Below are positions 8,231 through 16,332 of a stretch of 39,128 nt of DNA, one piece after another. The stretch is taken from assembly GCA_964579105.1 (NCBI GenBank), contig CAZOFQ010000003.1, positions 1 to 39,128 on the forward strand, written 5' to 3'. The notes below the pieces were generated by a model. The model ran no database searches. It was not told where the DNA came from and saw only the letters and a list, made by a program, of their open reading frames with translations. Source of the DNA: an uncultured Lachnospiraceae bacterium. GTDB taxonomy: Bacteria > Bacillota > Clostridia > Oscillospirales > CAG-272. Position 1 is the stretch's first letter. Every line of letters starts with the position of its first letter. Both the position numbers and the translations under genes were made by a program.

Positions 8231-9289
8231 ATGAGTATCACAAGGGAAGCATTCGGTTATTTACCCGATGGAAGAACGGTTTGGCGATATACGCTGCGAA
8301 ATCGGAACGGTGTCACGTGCTCTGTGCTGAATTTCGGTGGCATCCTGCAAAGCCTTAAGCTGCCTGACCGTCACGGCGATCTCGCGGACGTTGTTTGGGG
8401 TTACGACACGTTTTCGGGATATTTGCAGGATACAGGGCATAAGGGGGCACTTATCGGGCGTGTCGCAAACCGTATTCGAGATGCAAGGTTTACATTGCTT
8501 GGGCAGGAATACGCGCTCTCACGCAATGCAGGAAAGCATCATCTGCACGGAGGCACGAATGGATTTGACCGCAAGCTGTGGCAAGTATCCGTGAGGGATG
8601 CAAGCGAGCCCGCGCTGGAGCTGCAATATACCTCTCCCGACGGAGAGGAAGGCTACCCTGCTATCTTGAAGGTGAGCGTAACGTATACGCTGGAGGAAGG
8701 CAACGTTCTTTCCGTGCGGTACAGCGCAACCGCTGACGCGCCTACCGTGGTAAATCTCACGACCCATTCCTATTTCAATTTGCGCGGGTGTACGGCTTCC
8801 TCCGTGCTGGAGCATACGCTTTGGCTGGACGCAGACCGTTATCTTGAAACGGATGGAGAGCTGATTCCCACGGGCAGCTTCAAGACCGTGGAGGGGACGC
8901 CCTTTGATTTTCGCGCCTCCAAGCCTCTTGGGCGGGACATCCTCGCAAAAGACCGAGATCTGGCGTTTGGAAACGGGTATGACCATTGCTTTGTTTTTGG
9001 CAAGGCAAAAATGGGCGTTTGTCACCGCGCCACGTTGTACGAGCCCGTAAGCGGGAGAGGAGTGCACCTGTTTACGGATCAACCCGCCGTGCAGCTGTAT
9101 ACGGCGAACGCCTTGAAGGAAAGCGAGACGCCGATGAAGGGCGGCGTATTGCCGCGTGCACGCTGTGCTGTTTGTCTTGAGCCGCAAAAAATGACGGACG
9201 CGCCGCACCATGAGGCGTTTTCAAATATCACACTGCTTCCGTCGCAGATATATACGCACGTTACGAAATATCATTTTTTCACCCTCTAA
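8231..9289 (+). CDS. galM: aldose 1-epimerase (galactose mutarotase family)
   Basis: Mutarotase-like blocks: GR.ANRI....F, HHLHGG..GFD...W, HSYFNL, and a C-terminal E-P-Q region (CLEPQ). I use ATG 8231 because ATG 8201 sits inside the predicted -10 box. The RBS before 8231 is weak (AGAGAGAG), so the start is uncertain. Confidence 0.8.
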   Translation: MSITREAFGYLPDGRTVWRYTLRNRNGVTCSVLNFGGILQSLKLPDRHGDLADVVWGYDTFSGYLQDTGHKGALIGRVANRIRDARFTLLGQEYALSRNAGKHHLHGGTNGFDRKLWQVSVRDASEPALELQYTSPDGEEGYPAILKVSVTYTLEEGNVLSVRYSATADAPTVVNLTTHSYFNLRGCTASSVLEHTLWLDADRYLETDGELIPTGSFKTVEGTPFDFRASKPLGRDILAKDRDLAFGNGYDHCFVFGKAKMGVCHRATLYEPVSGRGVHLFTDQPAVQLYTANALKESETPMKGGVLPRARCAVCLEPQKMTDAPHHEAFSNITLLPSQIYTHVTKYHFFTL

Positions 9290-9306
9290 GAATAAGGAGA
9301 ATCGTT

Positions 9307-10395
9307 ATGTCAAGAGAATTGGCGTGTTCCAAACGAGAGGAAGCGCTGGAGGCGTTTTCCCACATAGGCAGAGTTGTCGGCTGTACTCCTTACGGGAACG
9401 GTCATATTAACGATACGTTTCTTGTGGAGACTGATTCGGGCAAGCGTTATATTTTTCAGCGCATCAATACGGATATTTTTCGTAATTTCAAGGGCGTGAT
9501 GGGAAACATCGTCGCCGTGACCGAGCATATCCGCAAGCGCGTGGAGGCGGAAGGCGGGGATGCGGCACGTTCTACGATCACCGTGATCCACACGAACTGG
9601 GGAAAACGGTATTTTAAGGACACTCTTGGATCCAGATGGCGCATGTACGAATTTGTAGAGCGCACGAAGGCAAAGGATCGCGTGGACTCGGCGCAGGAGT
9701 TTGCCGACTGTGCAGAGGCGTTCGGGCGCTTTCAGGGGTGGCTGTCGGATTTTGATGCCTCTGTTTTGATCGAGCCGATCGAAAACTTTCATAATACGCC
9801 CGTTCGATACGAGAATCTGATGCGCGCCGTGAGGGAAGACCCTTGCGGGCGGGTCGCTTCGGTGCAAAAGGAGATCGCGTTTGCCATGGAGCGCGAGGCG
9901 TTTGCAAGGACGTTGGAGGATGCACACGCAAAAGGGCTGCTTCCGCTACGCGTAACGCACAACGATACCAAGCTCAACAACGTTTTGTTTGACGAGAATA
10001 CGCATAAGCCCGTTTGCGTGGTCGATCTGGATACCGTAATGCCGGGATATTCCGTAAACGATTTCGGAGATTCCATCCGCTTCGGAGCAAATACCGCCGC
10101 CGAGGATGAAAAGGATCTTTCCAAGGTCTCCTTGGATTTGGAGCTTTATCACGCCTATGCCAAGGGCTTTCTCAAGGGCTGTAACGGCAAGCTTGCCAAA
10201 ACCGAGATCGAGCTGATGCCCATCGGTGCCAGAATGATGACCCTTGAGTGCGGCATGCGCTTTCTTACCGACTACATAGAGGGAGATCATTATTTCCGCA
10301 CTGCATACGCAGAACACAATCTGGACCGCTGTCGCTGCCAGTTCGCTCTGGTTGCGGATATGGAGCGTAAAGCGGAGCAAATGAAGCTGATTTAA
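9307..10395 (+). CDS. nahK: N-acetylhexosamine 1-kinase (NahK/LnpB-type anomeric kinase, APH-fold)
   Basis: Collinear with Bifidobacterium longum NahK as I remember it: G.GHIN.T.LV, RVTHNDTKLNN.L.D, DLDT.MPG....DFGDSIRFGA.TA.EDEKDLSKV, TMECGMRFL.DY.EGD.YF...Y.EHNL.R. AAGGAGA RBS. 17 nt after galM. Confidence 0.8.
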   Translation: MSRELACSKREEALEAFSHIGRVVGCTPYGNGHINDTFLVETDSGKRYIFQRINTDIFRNFKGVMGNIVAVTEHIRKRVEAEGGDAARSTITVIHTNWGKRYFKDTLGSRWRMYEFVERTKAKDRVDSAQEFADCAEAFGRFQGWLSDFDASVLIEPIENFHNTPVRYENLMRAVREDPCGRVASVQKEIAFAMEREAFARTLEDAHAKGLLPLRVTHNDTKLNNVLFDENTHKPVCVVDLDTVMPGYSVNDFGDSIRFGANTAAEDEKDLSKVSLDLELYHAYAKGFLKGCNGKLAKTEIELMPIGARMMTLECGMRFLTDYIEGDHYFRTAYAEHNLDRCRCQFALVADMERKAEQMKLI

Positions 10396-10412
10396 AAGCA
10401 GCATGTCTTTTT

Positions 10413-10453
10413 CACCCCCGTCCCGCATAAGGTAGGACGGGGGTGATCGTTTT
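10413..10453 (+). terminator. GC-rich hairpin after nahK; terminator-like, and also sequesters the RBS/start of the next gene
   Basis: CACCCCCGTCC (10413-10423) pairs with GGACGGGGGTG (10435-10445), 11-nt loop, then ATCGTTTT. The U-tract is short and interrupted. The 3' arm contains the G-rich RBS and the GTG at 10443. Confidence 0.45.
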
Positions 10454-11630
10454 GAAAAATAAAACCGTAAAAATCTTATCCATGCTGCTGACCCTTGCCT
10501 TGCTTTTTTCCGTCACAGCACATGCCGTGGAAGAAAATGTAACGCCAAGCGACGCTGCAAGCGTGAGCACTCAAGGCATAGAGCTTTCCTGTGCTTCCGC
10601 TATTTTGATGGATGCCGCAACGGGTGCGGTGCTTTATGAAAAAAATGCGGATGAGGCACTGCCGCCCGCATCCGTGACCAAGGTGATGACCTTGTTGCTT
10701 GTCATGGAAGCCGTTGAGAGTGGAAGGATTGCCTTGACGGACCGCGTGAGCGTCAGTGCGCACGCGGCGTCTATGGGCGGCTCGCAGGTCTACCTGAAGG
10801 AGGGAGAAACGCTCACGGTGGAGGAAATGCTCAAGTGTGTCGTGATCGCTTCTGCCAATGATTGCGCCGTGGCACTTGCGGAATTTGTTGCGGGGAGCGA
10901 GGAGCAGTTCGTTTCCGCTATGAATACCCGCGCCGCGGAGCTCGGCATGCAAAACACACATTTTGAAAACACGAACGGTCTGGACGATACCGTACAGAAT
11001 CACGTGACCAGCGCCAGGGATATTGCCATTATGTCCCGCGCCTTGATCGCATATCCCAAAATTCTTGAGTACAGCGGTATTTGGATGGACAGCATTCGCG
11101 ACGGCGCGTTCGGACTCACCAACACCAATCGCCTGGTGCGCTTTTATCCCGGGTGCACGGGGCTAAAAACGGGCTCGACTGCCCGCGCGGGCTTTTGCGT
11201 GAGCGCCACTGCCGAGCGAGACGGGCTTTCCCTCATCTGCGTCATTATGAAGGCAGGGACCAGAGATATCCGCAACGCGGAGGCGGCAAGGCTGTTGGAT
11301 TTCGGCTTCGCCAATTACGCGACCTATCGCGCCGACGCGGGGGAAAGCACGCTGACGCTTACAGGAGGTGTTTCCTCCGCCTTACCCGTGAAGTGGGGGA
11401 GCTTTTGTGCTACGGTGAGCAAGGGTGAGGCGGGCAACGTGAAGGTGAGCGTTGAATTGCCCGAATCGCTTGCAGCACCCGTAGAAAAAGACGAGCAGGT
11501 GGGGCGCGTTGTGTACTCCTTGAACGGGGAGGAGCTCGGGTCTGTTCCCGTCCTTGCAGACGAGTCCGTCTCCAAGATTGGGTTTGGCACCTTGTTTTGG
11601 AGAATGCTTTCAAGCTTTTTGATGATTTGA
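10443..11630 (+). CDS. serine-type D-Ala-D-Ala carboxypeptidase (PBP5/DacB/DacF family)
   Basis: Signal peptide (..LLTLALLFSVTAHA), SVTK (SxxK), SAND (SxN), KTGST (KTG), and a C-terminal PBP5 beta-sandwich-length tail. The start is ambiguous between GTG 10443 and in-frame TTG 10452. Confidence 0.85.
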   Translation: MIVLKNKTVKILSMLLTLALLFSVTAHAVEENVTPSDAASVSTQGIELSCASAILMDAATGAVLYEKNADEALPPASVTKVMTLLLVMEAVESGRIALTDRVSVSAHAASMGGSQVYLKEGETLTVEEMLKCVVIASANDCAVALAEFVAGSEEQFVSAMNTRAAELGMQNTHFENTNGLDDTVQNHVTSARDIAIMSRALIAYPKILEYSGIWMDSIRDGAFGLTNTNRLVRFYPGCTGLKTGSTARAGFCVSATAERDGLSLICVIMKAGTRDIRNAEAARLLDFGFANYATYRADAGESTLTLTGGVSSALPVKWGSFCATVSKGEAGNVKVSVELPESLAAPVEKDEQVGRVVYSLNGEELGSVPVLADESVSKIGFGTLFWRMLSSFLMI

Positions 11631-11652
11631 ACACAAAAATATAAAAAAAGTG

Positions 11653-11681
11653 TTGCAATATCGTGCAAAATGGTGTAAAAT
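11653..11681 (+). promoter_or_regulatory. putative sigma-A promoter of pgi
   Basis: TTGCAA (11653-11658), 17-nt spacer, TAAAAT (11676-11681). Confidence 0.5.
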
Positions 11682-11719
11682 AATTTTAACCCAAATTAGT
11701 TAGAAAGAAGGGAAAAATT

Positions 11720-13060
11720 ATGTCTATTAAATTAAACGACACTTACGTAAAGCCCTTTATTACCGAGAGCGAATGTGCTTATATGCAGCCGCTGGTCAAT
11801 GCGGCACATACGCTTTTGCATGAAAGGTCGGGTCAAGGAAACGCTTTTCTCGGCTGGCTGGATCTCCCGCGTGACTATGATAAGGAGGAGTTTGCTCGCA
11901 TCAAGGTCGCGGCAGAGAAGATCAAAGGCTCTTGCGACGTATTGGTCGTTATCGGTATCGGCGGCTCTTATCTCGGTGCCCGTGCGGTGATCGAGTTCCT
12001 CAAATCGCCGCTTTACAATAATTTGAAAAAGGATACGCCCGACATCTATTTTGCGGGCTGTAATATCAGCGCCACCAATATGCAGGAGCTGCTTTCTATC
12101 TGTGAAGGGCGCGACGTTTGCATCAACGTGATCTCCAAATCGGGCACGACCACCGAGCCTGCCGTGGCATTCCGCGTTTTCCGCGAATTGCTGGAAAGGA
12201 AATACGGCACCGAGGGCGCAAGGGAGCGCATTTTTGTGACGACCGACCGTGCCCGCGGTACGCTGAAGGGCTTTGCCGATCAGGTTGGCTACGAGACCTT
12301 TGTGGTTCCCGACGACGTGGGCGGACGTTATTCCGTTCTGACAGCCGTGGGCCTTTTGCCCATCGCGGTGTCGGGCGTTGATATTGACGAGCTGATGGCA
12401 GGCGCACAAAAGGCGCGCGAGGCATTCGCCGTGCCCGACCTGGAGAAGAACGCTTGCTACAAGTACGCCGCGCTTCGCAATATTTTGGCACGCAAGGGCA
12501 AAAATACCGAGATCCTTGTCGGCTACGAGCCCTTTTTACAGATGCTTTGCGAATGGTGGAAGCAGCTTTACGGCGAGAGTGAAGGAAAAGACGGAAAAGG
12601 CATTTTCCCCGCATCCGTTATCTTCTCCACAGACCTTCATTCGATGGGGCAGTATATTCAGGATGGTATGCGCAATCTCTTTGAGACCGTGATCGCGGTC
12701 AAGGAAACGGGCGTTCAGCAGACGATCCCGCACGACCCCGCTAACATCGACGGACTTAATTTCCTCTCGGGAAAGGACCTCAATTACGTCAACGAGATGG
12801 CAATGCAGGGCACGCTGTTTGCGCATGTGGACGGCGGCGTTCCCAATATCGTGCTGGAGCTTTCCGATCGCTCTGCAGCCTCCCTTGGCTACATGATCTA
12901 TTTCTTTGAAAAGGCGTGCGCCGTTTCGGGCTATTTGCTGGGTGTAAATCCCTTCGATCAGCCCGGCGTTGAGGCTTATAAAAAGAATATGTTCGCTTTG
13001 CTCGGCAAGCCCGGCTACGAGGAGCAAAGAGCAGCCTTGACGGCACGTCTTGCCAAGTGA
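11720..13060 (+). CDS. pgi: glucose-6-phosphate isomerase
   Basis: 446 aa, the short Firmicute-type PGI. Blocks: [38 protein letters not shown].. and an NPFDQPGVE-like C-terminus. Confidence 0.93.
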   Translation: MSIKLNDTYVKPFITESECAYMQPLVNAAHTLLHERSGQGNAFLGWLDLPRDYDKEEFARIKVAAEKIKGSCDVLVVIGIGGSYLGARAVIEFLKSPLYNNLKKDTPDIYFAGCNISATNMQELLSICEGRDVCINVISKSGTTTEPAVAFRVFRELLERKYGTEGARERIFVTTDRARGTLKGFADQVGYETFVVPDDVGGRYSVLTAVGLLPIAVSGVDIDELMAGAQKAREAFAVPDLEKNACYKYAALRNILARKGKNTEILVGYEPFLQMLCEWWKQLYGESEGKDGKGIFPASVIFSTDLHSMGQYIQDGMRNLFETVIAVKETGVQQTIPHDPANIDGLNFLSGKDLNYVNEMAMQGTLFAHVDGGVPNIVLELSDRSAASLGYMIYFFEKACAVSGYLLGVNPFDQPGVEAYKKNMFALLGKPGYEEQRAALTARLAK

Positions 13061-13076
13061 TGCCGAAAAAACAAAC

Positions 13077-13113
13077 GAAGCACCGAAAAATTTTTTCGGT
13101 GCTTCAAATTTTT
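13077..13113 (+). terminator. intrinsic terminator of pgi
   Basis: GAAGCACCG (13077-13085) pairs with CGGTGCTTC (13097-13105), A/T loop, T-run 13109-13113. Confidence 0.75.
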
Positions 13114-13125
13114 GTCAAAACCCTC

Positions 13126-13154
13126 TTGAAAAGTAAAATTAAATCGTGTATAAT
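13126..13154 (+). promoter_or_regulatory. putative sigma-A promoter of the small P-loop gene
   Basis: TTGAAA (13126-13131), 17-nt spacer, TATAAT (13149-13154) preceded by TG. Confidence 0.6.
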
Positions 13155-13208
13155 ATAGTTGTAACGGATGTTCTTTTCCGTTTACATCTAATTCTGGAGG
13201 TACAGTCT

Positions 13209-13616
13209 ATGCTGAAATTGATGATTGGTGTCAAAGGCACCGGAAAAACCAAAACCTTGATTGAGAAAGTCCACGCCGCGGTTGAAGTTTCCAAGGGCGA
13301 TGTCGTTTGCATCGAAAAGGGAACACAGCTTCGTTTTGACCTCAAGTCCAAGGTTCGCTTGATTGATACCGAAGAATATCTTGTGCACGATGCCGAGGCG
13401 CTTTATGGCTTTGTGGCAGGTATCCTTGCCAGCAATTACGATGTGACCGATCTGTTTGTGGATAACACACTCAAGATCTGCAACGGCAACGTTGCCGCCT
13501 TTGAGGTGCTGCTCACCGAGCTTGCCGAGCTGCTCAAAAAGCATGACGTGAATGTGTTCATGACTGCTTCCATTCCCGTGGAGGAGGCAACTGCCACGAT
13601 CAAGCAGTATATTTAA
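13209..13616 (+). CDS. hypothetical 135-aa protein with N-terminal Walker-A-like motif
   Basis: ATG 13209 with GGAGG at 13196-13200. The listed 13146 start lies inside the promoter -10. GVKGTGKT (GxxGxGKT) follows a beta-strand-like LKLMI, and RLIDTEE or DLFVDN are possible Walker B motifs. I recognise no family. Confidence 0.65.
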   Translation: MLKLMIGVKGTGKTKTLIEKVHAAVEVSKGDVVCIEKGTQLRFDLKSKVRLIDTEEYLVHDAEALYGFVAGILASNYDVTDLFVDNTLKICNGNVAAFEVLLTELAELLKKHDVNVFMTASIPVEEATATIKQYI

Positions 13617-13625
13617 CAAGAATAG

Positions 13626-13655
13626 AAAAGCACCGCCGAAGGCGGTGCTTTTTTT
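13626..13655. terminator. bidirectional intrinsic terminator
   Basis: AGCACCGCC (13629-13637) pairs with GGCGGTGCT (13641-13649), loop GAA, T-run 13650-13655, A-run 13626-13629. It overlaps the stop of the convergent minus-strand gene. Confidence 0.8.
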
Positions 13656-14415
13656 ATGCTTGTGCGTCGGCAGCGGACTTTTCTTGATAGGGTGGGATCC
13701 TAACCAAGCGAAGGGCAATAAGGTATCCAAAAAAGCAGGGCAGGATAATGAGAATCAGCCAATAAAGCAGCATGACGGGGATATCGCCTGCAACGAAATC
13801 AAGACCGTAGGCAAGGTCGCTGATGATATACGCCGCAAGACGCCAGATAAGCACGGAAAGAACGCTCCAGAACAGCACGCGCTGCAAGGGATTCCGTCGG
13901 CTGAACAAGCCGTCAAGCGGTAGGCAGGGGTCGTTTTCCGAAAAAGGGCGCTGTAGCACAAGAGACGCATTTTTACGCGCTTGATACGCCTCCGTTTGAG
14001 GCAGGATCATGCGGTAGGAAAGAAGAACGGTGAGAGCAGCAAGCGTCGTTTCCAATAAAAAGGAAAACAGATAACCCGTGAGGCTTCCCGTAAGATCTAT
14101 CGAGCCGAATATGACAGAGAAGCCGATGATGGCAAAGAGATATTTAAGTGCAAGGGCAATGCCCGCAAGAAGGAAAACGGGCTTGGAGGCGGCGATCCCG
14201 TAGCGGTAAATGCTGCGGACGAGAAAGGCGAACAAAACGGCGCTGGCGTAGATCTCTGCATGGTGGATCAAAAGATCGACAAGGTCGAGCCAAAGCGTGC
14301 CTTGCAGCACGATGTCGGTGAGTAAAAATTGAAATAACGGCGTTAAAACAAGCCCGTAAACGGCATAAATCCCCAACATCAGGATAGCGGGAAGCCGCAG
14401 GTCTTTTTTATTCAT
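13654..14415 (-). CDS. hypothetical polytopic membrane protein
   Basis: 253 aa from ATG 14413-14415 (AGGAGA RBS; the listed TTG at 14430 is less likely). About 7 hydrophobic spans. No motif I recognise. Confidence 0.7.
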   Translation of the reverse strand: MNKKDLRLPAILMLGIYAVYGLVLTPLFQFLLTDIVLQGTLWLDLVDLLIHHAEIYASAVLFAFLVRSIYRYGIAASKPVFLLAGIALALKYLFAIIGFSVIFGSIDLTGSLTGYLFSFLLETTLAALTVLLSYRMILPQTEAYQARKNASLVLQRPFSENDPCLPLDGLFSRRNPLQRVLFWSVLSVLIWRLAAYIISDLAYGLDFVAGDIPVMLLYWLILIILPCFFGYLIALRLVRIPPYQEKSAADAQA

Positions 14416-14557
14416 GGTTTCTCCTCTCAAAAAGGGATAACAATATTATAGCACGGAAGTAAGAGAATTGCAAATCATTTTACATAAATTTCGCATAATA
14501 TTTTCCGCAAGTGCATAGGATACAGGAGATCACAAGAAGGAAGGGGAGTGGAGCGCG

Positions 14558-15460
14558 GTGTATACGGCAACGGATTATAAGGAGCTTTTAGCAGCGACGG
14601 CAAGGATATCTGCCGATCCAAACACCTTTGTGAGCGTGTTGACAAAGTCCGTTCTCGGCAGGGAAATTCCTCTTATCAGCCTCGGGAGTGGGAAAAAATG
14701 CGTGCTTTATGTTGCCGCCCATCACGGTATGGAGGGGATCACGGCAGGGGTGCTGTTGGATTTTATATCGGAGTATTTAGCGGCACTTTCCAAAAAGGCG
14801 TCGATGTATGGCACGCCTATGAAGTATCTTTTCGAAACGCGCCGCTTGCTTGTGGTGCCCATGCTGAATCCCGACGGTGTGGAGTACGCGCTGCACGGCG
14901 TAGAGATTGACAATCCCTTGCGGATGCGTGTGCTTGCCATGAACGGCGGTCACGGCGAGGATTTTTCGCACTGGCAGGCAAATGCGCGCGGAGTGGATCT
15001 GAACCACAACTACAATGCGGGCTTTGCAGAATATAAGGAAAAGGAGCGTGCAATGGGGATCTTAAACGGTGCGCCCACAAGGTACAGCGGTGAATATCCC
15101 GAGTCAGAGCCTGAAACGGCGGCACTTTGCCGCTTGCTGCGAGCAGAGCACGAAAATTTGCTTGGCGTGTTGACCCTGCACACGCAGGGTGAGGAGATCT
15201 TTTGCAGCTGTGCGGAAAATCTTACGGCAAAATCCATGTCCGTGGGACGCGTGCTTTCCCGCTTGACGGGGTATCGTTTGGCGCGTCCCGAGGGTCTTGC
15301 CGCTTTTGGCGGGCTTACCGATTGGTGCATCCGCGTTTTGGGCAGACCGTCTTACACCCTGGAGTGTGGCTTCGGCATAAATCCTTTGCCTCCTGCCGAT
15401 CGCCCGTTGCTCTACGCAAGATTGCACAAAGCGCTGTTTACTTTTCCGCTATTGCTGTAA
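14558..15460 (+). CDS. M14 family metallocarboxypeptidase (gamma-D-glutamyl-meso-diaminopimelate peptidase / YqgT-like)
   Basis: 300 aa. AAHHGMEG (the HxxE zinc ligands of M14), NPDG, VDLNHNY, a later H in TLHTQG, and a catalytic-Glu-like TLECG. GTG start, since no in-frame ATG occurs before the zinc motif. Confidence 0.78.
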   Translation: MYTATDYKELLAATARISADPNTFVSVLTKSVLGREIPLISLGSGKKCVLYVAAHHGMEGITAGVLLDFISEYLAALSKKASMYGTPMKYLFETRRLLVVPMLNPDGVEYALHGVEIDNPLRMRVLAMNGGHGEDFSHWQANARGVDLNHNYNAGFAEYKEKERAMGILNGAPTRYSGEYPESEPETAALCRLLRAEHENLLGVLTLHTQGEEIFCSCAENLTAKSMSVGRVLSRLTGYRLARPEGLAAFGGLTDWCIRVLGRPSYTLECGFGINPLPPADRPLLYARLHKALFTFPLLL

Positions 15461-15510
15461 CAGAGCTTTTTATGAAAACGTATCATGATCTTGATCGAAT
15501 AAATAAAACA

Positions 15511-15542
15511 AAAACGGCTGCAGAGCGCTGCAGCCGTTTTTT
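15511..15542. terminator. bidirectional intrinsic terminator (M14 peptidase / mecA)
   Basis: CGGCTGCAG (15515-15523) pairs with CTGCAGCCG (15528-15536), 4-nt loop, flanking A-run and T-run (15537-15542). Confidence 0.8.
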
Positions 15543-15557
15543 ATCCTTGGTGAAGAC

Positions 15558-16160
15558 TCAAAGCTTTCCCAGAGTTTCTACCGCCATCGCGGAGCATATG
15601 GCGTGACCGTGCTCGGCGAGAAACAGCCTTGCTGCTTCCGCATTGCATTCCTTTCCGTATTCACGCAAATATGTAAGCTCCTTTTTGCTTGCCTTAAACA
15701 AAAGCCACCATTTGCCTTCGTCATCCCGCCACGCCTCGCTTTGCTTTACGTGCCTGTCGGTTCGCAAACGGCGGCAGAGAAGCAGCATCGTTTGCAGCTT
15801 TTCAAAGGAAAAAGCAAAAGGGGTCCGCCATTCTTCCCGTTGTGCGTCGTGCGAGCGTTGTCTTGCGGTGGGATGCGCTTCGGATTTTCTTTTGTTTTCC
15901 TCCTCAACGAGCAAAAGTCCGATCTTGGTGACAAATAATTCGCATCCCCCTTCTTTTGAAGGGTACATTTGAATATAAACCTTATCCTCCGTGGCGTCAA
16001 AGCCCGTTTCCTTCCTTACGTCGGTCAAAATGTCTCGGAAAGCCGTGCGTGTGACCGTGTCTGCATAGTCGGCATTCTCGCAGTTCAGTGCATAATGCCG
16101 TGCATCCTCGGCGGTCAGCATGATCTTTAATTTGTTGTTGCTGATCCGTATCCATTCCAT
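15558..16160 (-). CDS. mecA: adaptor protein MecA family
   Basis: 200 aa. N-terminal MEWIRISNNKLKIMLTAEDA and VYIQMYPSKEGGCELFVTK resemble the MecA N-domain. The C-terminal YLREYG....EHG..I...A...L resembles the MecA C-domain. AGGAGAAGG RBS. Confidence 0.72.
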   Translation of the reverse strand: MEWIRISNNKLKIMLTAEDARHYALNCENADYADTVTRTAFRDILTDVRKETGFDATEDKVYIQMYPSKEGGCELFVTKIGLLLVEEENKRKSEAHPTARQRSHDAQREEWRTPFAFSFEKLQTMLLLCRRLRTDRHVKQSEAWRDDEGKWWLLFKASKKELTYLREYGKECNAEAARLFLAEHGHAICSAMAVETLGKL

Positions 16161-16272
16161 TGGAATACCTTCTCCTTTCTCGGCATGTACCTATGTACAT
16201 TATAAGGGATTTCGGCATTTTCGGCTACCCCTAAAATATTACCAATTTTGCGTTTGGTGTAACTCCCGACGG

Positions 16273-16301
16273 TTGACTTTGTGCGTACGGTATGATAAAA
16301 T
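16273..16301 (+). promoter_or_regulatory. putative sigma-A promoter of the helicase gene
   Basis: TTGACT (16273-16278), 17-nt spacer, TAAAAT (16296-16301). Confidence 0.55.
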
Positions 16302-16332
16302 AAAAGAAGATTTAAAAAAGGAGGTGTGTGCC

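Noticed and set aside
16120-16332. N-terminal extension of the helicase ORF (listed start 16120). It would overlap the mecA start on the opposite strand and span the whole intergenic region.
   Set aside because: The extension contains the predicted TTGACT-17-TAAAAT promoter and translates to a hydrophobic, Cys-rich peptide without an RBS. GTG 16333 has a strong AAGGAGG at the correct spacing.
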